DNA of 64,000 nucleotides from Batkoa obscura (lineage: Eukaryota), in assembly GCA_030770535.1 (NCBI GenBank), contig JASVEC010000018.1, positions 248,001 to 312,000 of the forward strand. The letters run 5' to 3'. Under the pieces are notes generated by a model, which saw nothing but the letters and a program-made list of their open reading frames with translations, ran no database searches and was not told where the DNA came from. Positions 51,029-62,100 of this stretch are shown here, in pieces (within the stretch, counting starts at the first letter, position 1; the number at the start of each line of letters is the position of its first letter). Made by a program: the position numbers and the translations under genes.

Positions 51029-51887
51029 AAGTTGTAATCTAAAACGTAAAATTCATTATAATTTTAAAAACAAAAAGCACTATTGCGATTTATTTAATTA
51101 AATTCAATAAAAAATAATACGATTCGATCTATTAACGTAATAATGACTATTACGATGAAACATAATAAATTAAATTAAATTAAATTAAAATGAATGTGTT
51201 TATATTGATATTATTTCTACAATATCTATCAAAATTATATGTATATAGAATTGCTTTATTATTAAATAATTTATTAAATCAAGAGATTGTTTTGTTTTTC
51301 TAAATGTATCTTCAATTGAATAACCAGTGGATTTATTTTGGAGTATAAAAGATATTACAGAAGAAATGGAAGAGAAACAAGGAATTCAATCTAGCATTAC
51401 CAAACTGAAAAATAAGTCTATATCTTTAGTCAATACTAGGGAATTTCAGTGCAATAGTGGAGGCATGGAAAGCTTCTTTTATCATGAAGGATTTCCATTC
51501 AAGGAAAAGGACATCAAGAGGTAGCGGAGCAGAAATGGATTTGAAGATGATAGTGTAAAAGATTCTGTGGAAAATCAAACCGATCATCCTGATTTAATAA
51601 TAATAAGTTGATGTTCAATAAAGTTAATATACTGTTAAATGAATTATACATAAATTTGTCGAATAAATAATAGATTTTAAAGACTTTTGAAAAATAATTT
51701 AAAAACATAAGAGGAGTTTAATGATACTTTAATTATTATGATTTACTAGATATTTTATATTGAACTTAGACGAGTGTATAGAATATGCTTCTATAGCTTT
51801 GAATTGAGGTGGTAGGTATGTAAATATTTGAAAGTAACTGAGTAAACTTGGAAATCTTATATATCTCTATTAAGTCCCTTGATCGTT

Positions 51888-53255
51888 TCATTGCTTCGTT
51901 AGACATACAATTGAAAATACTGTTTCAAGTTTACAAAATCTTGGGAGACCATTTTGTACTATTGTAAATTTAGTATTGTCATTTAGATTATCTGTTATAT
52001 CTAATTTTAAATTTTGCTTTAAGTCAGGGTCCATATGCAATTCAATAAATTTAAGGGCTGCCTTAGCATTATCCTTTAATGCTTGTTTCGCCGATATAGG
52101 TGAAGGTCTATTTAAGGAGGCCCCCTGTCTCATTAAGGGGAGTGCATTTTCCAATAAAGGGAGTACGTTTTCCACTAGAGCAAGTACATCGGTTTGGTGA
52201 TAATGTGTAGCATTTGATAAGATTAACATTTGACTATCGTCATTGGTTTGAAGCAAGTTTAGTGCTTTATCGTAATTCAGCTTCCATTTAAAAAATGCAT
52301 CCGTAAGGATCCCTAAAGTAGGTTTAGTTACAATCTTACTAGTAACTGGATACATCCAAGGATCAAATACAATTCCTAATTTGTAGGGATTATCCTTTTC
52401 TTTCAGTATTTCTAATACAGTACTACCACCAAAAGAATGGCCTAAAAGATATGTTTCTTTGAAATTTAATCTGTTTTTAAATCTAGACAACCCATCAAAC
52501 CAAAACTCTCCTTCCTTGTCTTTATTTAAATCTCTCAAAAACATAAATTCTTTATCCTTATTATCTGGTAAATACATTCCTTCTTTTTTCAAGTGTCCTT
52601 GATTTAACATTTTCAATACTTTCAATCCATTTTTAATCTCGTTTTTCCTTAACATCATCTGTTTTTGCCGGAATAATAAATTTTCTGGACTACCATACTT
52701 CCCCTTCGAATGCTTATATATCACTTCTTTAGGGTTACTTGACCTATATGAATAGGCTGCTGATCCATCTCGATGTTCAATAGCTGCTACAACAATACCG
52801 TGGCTTGCCAACTCTCCACAGGTCCCTGAATACAAAGTACGTGAACCTAGTTTTCCATGACTAAACAAGGCGATTGGAAATTCATCAACATCTTTTAATA
52901 AATCACTGCCATCTGATATATAACTTCCCTGCCTAGGTTGTTCGTTTAAAAAATAAAGCAGTGATTTACTGATCATACTTGGTACTTTCGTCTGATCCAA
53001 ATAGCCTATTGAGTGGGATTGTTATATAAAGGACATTATCTGTGATAGAATGTTACCTCTCATATATCGTTTATTAGGGTATGGAGCCCATTCAGCCAAT
53101 TGATTGTATAGTTTATTGGATTCTGAAGGATAGTAAATTTTTAATAATACGCTATCTTCTTGTTTTGAGATTCGAGTTATATTCAGGTTATACTCAATAT
53201 CTCTACAGCTTACCTTATAAGGACCTGTGTAGGCTGGTAGGTTGTTTAATAACAT
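51888..53255 (-). CDS. PAF-acetylhydrolase-like hydrolase, copy C (2 exons)
   Basis: FSHGKLGSR variant, GHSFGGST, FDPW, HYHQTD; insertion after the catalytic His and a C-terminal extension. Confidence 0.88.
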
Positions 53256-53749
53256 TATGACTAAAATTTTATTTTATTTCAATCTGTTTTATTTTTTAGG
53301 GAGCTTTTATATCTCCAAAATTATTTCTAATTATTCAATGTCAATTACATGATTACCCCTTTATCTCTTTTATCGATCTTTACTTTTGTAAAGTTAATTT
53401 TGATAAAAACATAATTCGTTTTTCTATTAGTTTGCCTTTATTATTACCAATATTGTAAATTGAAAAGTTAAATTAAAATTCTATTGTTTCGTTTTGACAA
53501 AAATATAGAAAAACCAATTTTCTAAATTTAGAAAATTATTTTAAAAGATCCTTCAAAGGTGATGATTATGTTATAAAAAATTGGTGAATATAAGAGTTTA
53601 CGGTTGTAATGTATCTTTATTGTAGCTCTATGGAATACCAACTTAACTAAAGAGTATGGTTGGGGGGGCTTTTTTATAGCTTATCTATGTGATGCAAACC
53701 TGGATTCTCTTAATCCAAAATAAAAAAGCTTTGATTTAGAAATAGGACT

Positions 53750-53847
53750 GAGGATGTATTTTTGTGTTTAAGAATTTTACTAACAAATTTTCCACTCAAA
53801 TAGCACTTAAAAAACGGAAAAATAATGAAACCAAAAAAAACAGCCCC
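53750..53847 (-). mobile_element. MITE family A, copy 21
   Basis: GAGGATGTA...CAGCCCC; very similar to copy 19, in reverse orientation. Confidence 0.85.
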
Positions 53848-54372
53848 ACTATTATTACAATTTCTTTAGTAAATTGCTACTATTTTTAAAACATGTTTTA
53901 ATATTATATGAATTTAGAATTGCTATAATAAAGTACTGAATAGTCTAACTTAGAAATCGTAGGATATTTTTATGTTTGTACATTTGGCTGATTTTCCTTA
54001 AAATTAGGTGCTTTATAGAAATGGACAAATCGATAAAAAAGGCATTTGTATGTATTTATTATATCTTTAGTAGCAAGTCAAATTATGAATATAACATTAA
54101 AGCTCTTTCTTCCTTTTTACACATTTTCGAACTTTTTTTTGGCGAAAAAATCAAAATCAAAATCAAAATCAAAATCAAAACAGTATTTAATATTTTTTCA
54201 TAATTAGCTTGTATTATAAGTGCTATGTAAAAAAGCTGTAAAAAATATAGTCAATGTTGCAACTATGCCTCATTAATTTTAAATCAAGATGGATGAATCT
54301 TGTAAATATTTGAAAGTAATTGAATCAGTTTAAGAATCTTGTGAATTCGAATCAAGTTTTTATTTTGATAAT

Positions 54373-55729
54373 CTATATTTTCTTATTAATTGAAATAAAT
54401 CTAGTGTTATCATTTAAGTTGTCTATTATATTCAACTTTAAGTTTTGCTTTAAGTTGAGATCCATGTGTAATTCAATAAATTTAAGAGCTGCATTAACAT
54501 TATCTTTTAAAGCTTGTTTTGCTGATATAGACAAAAGTTTAGAAAAAGGAAACAATTTTTGAACTAAACGGAGCTCACTTTGCAACAATGGGAGCACATG
54601 TTCCATCAAAGGCATGACATTTCGCAAAAAAGGGAGTGCATTTTCTACCAAAGCAGGTACATCAGACTGATGATAATGCATAGAATTTAATAGAACAAAC
54701 ACTTGGTTATCATCATTGGTTTGTAATAACTTCAAAGTTTCATTGTAATTTGGCTGCCATTTGGAAAATGCATCCGTAAGGATCCCTAAACTGGGTTTAG
54801 TAATGATACCATTAGTTACTGGATACATCCAAGGATCAAATACAACTCCTAATTTGTAGGGATTATCCTTTTCTTTCAGTATTTCTAATACAGTACTACC
54901 ACCAAAAGAATGGCCTAAAAGATATGTTTCTTTGAAATTTAATCTGTTTTTAAACCTAGACAATCCATCAAACCAAAATTCTCTTTCATCTTTATTCTTA
55001 TTCAACTCTTTTAAGTATTGCCATTCACTATCCTTTTCATCTGGTATATATAGTCCTTCCTTTTTCAATTGGCCTTGATTTAATAACTCTAATACTTTCA
55101 ATGCATCTTTAAGTTCCTTCTTTCTCAATATTATCTGTTTTTGCCGGAATAATAAGTTTTCTGGACTACCTTCCTTCCCATCCGGAGTCTTATATCTCAG
55201 CTCTTGAGGTTTACTAGACCTATATGAATAGGCTGCTGATCCATCTTGATGTTCGATAGCCGCTACAACAATACCGTGGCTTGCCAACTCACCGCAGGTT
55301 CCTGAGTAAAGTGTACGTGCACCTGCTAATCCGTGACTAAAAAAAGCAACTGGAAATTGATCAATCCTTTTCAACAAATCACTGCCATCCGATACGTAAC
55401 TTCCCTGCTTAGGATGACCATACAAATAATTGACCAATGGGTCACTAATTGTAGTTGGTATCTTAAGATAATCTAAAAAGCCTATTAAGCAAGATTAGCA
55501 TAGCGGTAAACAGTTATTTTAAAACGTTACTTCTCATATACATATTACTAGGATAAGGAGCCCAATTCATTAATTGATTGTATAGTTTGTTGGATTCAGA
55601 AGGATAACAAATTCTCAATAGCACACTGCCATCTTGGTCAATATTTCGTGTTATGTTTAAGTTGTACTCAATATCCCTACAGCTTACTTTATATGGGCCT
55701 GAATAGGCGGGTAGGTTGTTAAATAGCAT
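54373..55729 (-). CDS. PAF-acetylhydrolase-like hydrolase, copy D (2 exons)
   Basis: FSHGLAGAR, GHSFGGST, FDPW, HYHQSD; longest post-His insertion. Confidence 0.88.
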
Positions 55730-56555
55730 TTTTGAGGTTGGGTTTTAATATTGGTAATATTTAATGCTCTCCTACTTCTATTATTTCTTTTGTCTTTTAT
55801 CTTTTTTCACAGCTCACTATTTAGCTTATATTTTTTTTTATACAAATGCCTTTTTTATTCTGCTTTTATGCTTTACCTTAACTTTGATCAAGGTTAAGTT
55901 TTAGGATAGATGTTAATAATAAATTTCTGCTAAGCTTAATGTTATTTGCAGTAAATCCTTCACATCATCTTTAAATTTTCCTTGTTATGTTCAAAGGATT
56001 AAATGATAACTCGTTTATTTTTTAGAGATCTTCATAAAATAATCTTGATCTCTATATAAAAATAAATCATTTATTATTACGAGTACTATTGATTAAAAAT
56101 ACAAATTAAATCACATCAGTTTCATTTCGATAAAAAAATAAAATTATTTATCCAAATCTGGAAATTATTATAAAAAATTCTAATGTTGATGCTTTGAGTA
56201 CAAAAAGCTTAAATACTATGACTGTATAACTGTTACGGAATTGTCAATGGGAATGTATTTAATGTTTAATGTTAAAATAAAAAGGATTTCACTTTGATAG
56301 TAAATACGTAGTATTTCAAAGGTGGATTGTTTAAGCCAAAGTATAAAACCAACTTTGATTTTGATAATGATTATTATCATTATTTATTTGATTAAGCTTG
56401 TGAATTAGTAGAATACAACTTGTCAAATTAAAAGATCATTAACTCAAATATATGGAAAGTACTTGAAGTTAATAACTTTAAATTAAACGTCCTTCTTAAA
56501 ATATATTTGAATCATTTAATTCTTCAATTTTTCAATAAGATATCTAATAACATAT

Positions 56556-56649
56556 GGGGATGTTTTTTTGATTTCATTACTTTTCGATTTTTTGAGCGCT
56601 ATCTGAGTGAAAACGTTGTTAGTAAAATCCTTAAAAAAAACACATCCCC
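56556..56649 (+). mobile_element. MITE family A, copy 22
   Basis: GGGGATGT...ACATCCCC with ATAT on both sides. Confidence 0.85.
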
Positions 56650-57155
56650 ATATTGTTGAAAAATAGTAATCTATACTTTAAAATGTTCCACAGACTTCCT
56701 TAAGATCGATCACAAATAACTTCAGAGTACTTTTCTATCTAAAAATAAATACATGTAATATTATTTGTTTTAAACATATTACGAGGTTTAATATTCAAAC
56801 TACTATTTAAAAAATAATAGAGCGATAAGTTCTAATCTAAAAGAGTAAGTGTTAGATTATTTATATTAAACAAAAATTAAATCTTGAGTATAAAGCCTAT
56901 TGACAGTGAAGATAGTACTACATTAAGCAGCTTCCATTTCGTTCTTTAAAGATAGGCTAAAAAGCTTTGCCTTCTAACCTTAAATGTAAATATATTTTAT
57001 TAAACATATTTCTTCCACTTAACTGACTATAAGCAATCTTCCCGTGATCAAGATAATACTTCTTATAAGTATATCCAAAAACAAACAGTCGTCTGTGGAA
57101 TTATTACAATATTTTTTTAGATGCTATAGACTTATCCTTTTATAATTTAATATTT

Positions 57156-57250
57156 GGGGTTGTTTTTTTTGGTTTCATTATTTTTCCATTTTTTAGGTGC
57201 TATTTGAGTGAAAGATTGTAATAAAATTCTTAAACAAGAAACATATCCCC
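57156..57250 (+). mobile_element. MITE family A, copy 23
   Basis: GGGGTTG...ATCCCC with flanks ATTT / CTTT. Confidence 0.8.
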
Positions 57251-57783
57251 CTTTGGGGTTTAAAATACTTCTTTCACTTGATTTGGCATTATGCTGGAAA
57301 TTTATAATAGCTAATCTAAAACTAATCCAATTTTACAATAGTTAAATTCTAAGTGTCTGGGCACTTTATACAAGCTACTGAACACTACGTTATAATAAAT
57401 AATTATCAAAACTAGGTTTGAAAGTTTGTTCTTTTCTTCTTTTAATATATAGCATAGCAAATTGTAAATAGTTTAATTATATTATAAGGTTACTATATTT
57501 AAATCAATGTAAAAACAGTGGACTTTGATAGAGTTATTTCCTAAGTAACCCATTTTAGGATCTTGTCAAAAAATAAAAATTGCAATTTTTAAGCAAATAT
57601 ACTAAATAAGGTAAACTTAAATCTCGGAGTAAGCAGGTTTTGAATTTTAAAACATAGCAAATATCATTTAATAAGTTATATTTTAAAGAATACGTCAAAC
57701 TCATTTTTCGATTTATTCTTTTAAATAAAATTCCAATAAATCTTTCTTTCCTTTTCATTTTAATTTTAATTTCAAATACAATC

Positions 57784-59018
57784 ATGTCGCCAGCGAATAG
57801 TATGTTATCAACACTGCCTATCATTAACTTGGATGCATTTTTAAATGATCCAAATAGTCCAGATAGTATTCAAGAGGCTAAAAAGGTAGTTTAAATATAA
57901 CTAAAATTTAAAACAGTCCAACTCACGTTTCTAGGTTAAAGAAGCCCTTATAAACTATGGTTGTTTAGTAGTAAAAGATCCTCGTGTTAGCGAATCTAAA
58001 AACCAGGAGTTTTTAAACTTAGTGGAAAGCTACTATGATCAAGGTACTGAAAAAGTGATGGAGGACACAAGGCCAGAGGTAGGATATCAGGTTGGCGTTA
58101 CCCCACCCTCTACTGAAGACCCAAGATGTAAAACAGATGCAGCTTGTCAAGAGATCATTGAGAAAGTAATTAAAATATGTTTTTAGAGATAAGAAATGAG
58201 AAAACTAATCTTGGTTATTAGTTACCTATAGAGAGTCGACCATTGACAAGCAGTGGGCCAGACCCAAAATGGCGTTATGCCTGGAGAATCGGCAACTCAA
58301 ATAAGAATGAAGAGCTCAAGCTGTTGAAGTCGGAGCAAGTAGTGCCAAAAGGTAAAATAAATAAAGCGGAGATTAATAATTAATATTTTTTTAAAAATTA
58401 CTAGGCTTTCCAACTTGGGAAAAGGTAATGGATGAATGGGGTAATTTGATGCATCAAGCCGTAGCTAGCATCTCGCAGTTAGCTGCACTTGGCTTCGAGC
58501 TACCTATGAATACTTTCTATGACCTTATTAGGGACGGTGCTCATCTTCTCTCACCAACTGGCTCAAACCTTAATGAATATAATAAAAAAGACACTATTTT
58601 AGCTGGATTTCATTACGACCTTTGCTTTTTAACGATCCATGGAAAATCACGCTTCCCAGGCTTAAATATTTGGGCAAGAAATAACTTTGAGAAAGTACCA
58701 GTTAAGGTACCAGATGGTTATTTGTTAGTACAAGCTGGTAAACAATTTGAATGGGTCACTGGGGGTGTCATTAAGGCAGGTTATCATGAGGTGATTGTCA
58801 ATGACGGAACTATTCAAGCGATTCAGAAGGCTAAAGACGAAAAGAGGTCTTTATGGAGAGTTTCTTCTACTTTGTTTAATCACATTCAATCGGATAAATT
58901 TATGGAGCCTATTTCTCAGCTTAAAGAGTATGATTCGTTTAATTCAGAGAAATATCCTAAGATGTTGGCCCATGATTATGTAGTTAAGGAGTTAGCAGGG
59001 ATCAATCTTTTTTCTTAA
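57784..59018 (+). CDS. 2-oxoglutarate/Fe(II)-dependent oxygenase (IPNS-like fold), 4 exons
   Basis: LPIINLDAFL, ALINYGCLVVKDPRV, YQVGVTP, PDPKWRY, HxD in FHYDLCFLT, distal His in GYHEV, RVSSTLF. Confidence 0.85.
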
Positions 59019-59165
59019 TAATTTAAATAATGCGATTGTCTTTTTATTTTATTTTTTATTTTTCATTCTGCTCTTAGTTTATCAAATTTTTAATTATAAG
59101 ATTATAAATTAAATGTTTTGTAAAAATTATAGCTTTATTATTATCATTATCAAAAAGTAAAAAAA

Positions 59166-62100
59166 TTAAAGTTTAAGTTTCAAACGATCAAGTGGTCTAG
59201 CTTGCCTTAAATAGTTTCGAACTGGACCTAGGACAAACACTGCTTCCCAAATTAAAGAACATGCCATATTTCCTAAACATAATCCAAGCATAGCATATCT
59301 AAAATAACGCGGGTATACATTATGTCCAATAGGAGCGTTGTATTTTGGAATTTCAAAGTCAGGTACTGAGTATTCATTAGCTAACACGTTTTTGTCACCA
59401 CAATTCAATCTCATTAAACAGCCAAGGCGATTGGGATCTGCAAGCAACATGTAAATCAACATGGTTAAGAAAGTGGCCCATAAAAGCATTAAGCTGTAGT
59501 TCCTAAAGAAAGCACGACGGAATTTATACCCAAAGTTATAAATAAAACCTGCATTTACAAATTGGAATAAAGTAACAAAACCTAATGTCTGACCTTCAAA
59601 GTTATCTCCTAATAAATACCATTTGGTAAGATCAACGTAGTTACCATCAAATTCATTACATTTAAAGAAAGGTTGTTTATATAATAATCCATAGGCTCCT
59701 ATTAAGAAAACAGTATTAATTAATACTTGACCAATGGTTGAACATAATGTTTCTGGTCCCAATAAGCGAGCAGTTGGCCTATAGGGTGAAAGTTTTATAG
59801 CAGCCTTAGATTGTGATATAGCTAAAGTCATACCAATAGCAATAAAAGCATCTACAGCAATCCAAATATTTTCAGATACAGAAACTGAGAAGTAAAACGA
59901 TGGGATCTTAAGCCAGGCCATAATTTCACCATACATAATAAGATATTTATAGCCAGCAAATGAAGTAGCAAGTGCAGCACGACCTTGACGCAAAAGCTCA
60001 ACACACGATGCAACGGAACGGAAAGATGATGAAAATGGTGATACAATTGAGGCTTCAGCTTCAGACAAAGCAATACCAACATGTGCTGCACGTAAAGCAC
60101 CGCAATCATTACCACCATCTCCACACATAGCAGTAACACCACGTTCCATATGTAAATTAATACAGTCTACTTTATCCTGAGGCGTCATACGAGCAAAAAC
60201 ACGGGTATTTAATACAAGCTCTCTGATGATTGACTCATTTCTACAAAGTTCATTAAAAGCTTTACCTGTCATAGCTAATTCTAAGGTAGTACCCAAGCCA
60301 TCTTTAGGGAACATTGAAAGGATTGAGTCAGTATCAAGTAAGGTACGATTGGGGTTTGAATATTCATCTACATCCACCCAATAAACTTGTTTATTTTCAT
60401 CAGTTTCAGCTAAATAGACTTGAGAAGTATTAGGCATCATGCTACAAGCCTTAGCAATATACACACCAGTTAAAGCAGTATCACCAGTAATCATAACAGT
60501 ACGAGTATTACCCTCCTTTAACTCACGGATTGATTCCTCAGTATCTTCTTTAAGGAGATTCTTGAATACAATTAAACCTAATAAATCAATGTCCTTTTCA
60601 AGTTCTTCACGGCTCATATCTTTTAAAGCGCCAATGTCAATTTTACCAAGGTCACGATGAGCTAATGCTAATACATAACAACCTTCTTTAGCCAGGTTAT
60701 TAGTGACATTATCATAATCATTAGGAATTGAAGCTGGGTTTGATAAATCTTTAAGTTTCTCAAAAGACCCTTTGACAAAAATATGAACGTGACCAGTATT
60801 TGAATCCAAAACGGCAACAGACATAGAAGCTCTAGCATGAACGAATTCGAATCGCTTTACAATATGTGCCTCCCATGGTTTCTCATCTGGAGATTGCATG
60901 GTATCAACGTAGTCTGGGGATGGTGGTTGAAGTAATTTCCATTTGGTTGAGGTAAACATTTCAATATCTACTGGGTTACCAATTAAAGTACCATTCACTT
61001 GAGTTACAGAATGACATGAAGCTAAACCAAGTTGGAAAAGCTCATCAAATTCTTCTTGTTCATATCTAAGTTCGCCAAATCTCTTTTCTAGTCCAACTAT
61101 TTGCCCACCATAAAACTCTAGGCCTTCTTTCGTTAAGGTGCCAGTTTTATCAAAGCAGAAAATTTGGACTTTACCAGCTATCATGATTCTGGGTAAATCA
61201 ACACAGAAAATTTTCTTTTTTCTTAATTCATTGGAAGCAACAGATTGACCTACAACCAAGGCAGCGGGCAAAATAGGGGACAAGATTTGAGATAAACAGA
61301 ACATACCATAAAACCAAGAAGCTGTACCACCCTTTTGTTGAAGCCATAATGATAAACAGAAAAGAACTACACCCCAAATAGCTAAAATAATAATAACTAC
61401 TTTAAGTTGTTCATCAAAAATAAATGAAATTGGGTTGGGGAATAAGATTTTATAAACCAATTGACCTTTATCAGTAGAAGTAGAAGTTTGGTAAACTAAG
61501 GCTGTGACTGTTTGTTCATCATTAGAAGGTGTAGTTTGCACGACAGTTGTACCAGAGAACAAAGAATTAATTTTTGATGCACCTAATCGATCATAAACAG
61601 TTTCTTCATCCTTTACTGGGAATTTACGGATGGGTAAAGGTTCTCCAGTTAATGAGGATTCATCAGCAACAATATTACCACTAATCAATATAGCATCGCA
61701 AGGGACCACTTTGTTATTTTCAACTTGGAAAATATCTCCTGGTACAAGGTCGGCAGTAGATTTATCACTCCATTCGCCATCTCTTAATATTTTAACATGA
61801 TCCTGATGTTCTGCCATCTTTTTGACTCTTCTTTCAGCCTTAAGTCTTACCACTACCTTAATAAGGGCTGATATAAAGATAACTGCGGTATCTACTAAAC
61901 CGATCTTATAGTAGGCAAGATAATAAAAGAGCCACATAATCATAAGTTGATAAAGATAGAAAAAGGAAGTGAATTCCTGAAGGAAAGCAACGATGAAAGA
62001 TGGCACATAAACTTCAATAAAGTTAGGACCTTTGAGTTCGAGACGACGATTAGCTTCTGTGGTTGAAAGACCAGAACTCAACTTAAGGAAATGAGATGAA

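Noticed and set aside
5527..57250. Recurring ~97-bp sequence read as a CRISPR array or REP system
   Set aside because: Copies are dispersed at irregular kb distances in both orientations with TIRs and TSDs. There are no regular spacers or cas genes, and the DNA is eukaryotic.
57555..57824. 89-aa minus-strand ORF, and similar short AT-rich ORFs at 3697, 30216, 37465, 48559, 48805, 51514 and 53976
   Set aside because: Composition matches intergenic DNA, there are no motifs, and several start at non-ATG codons.
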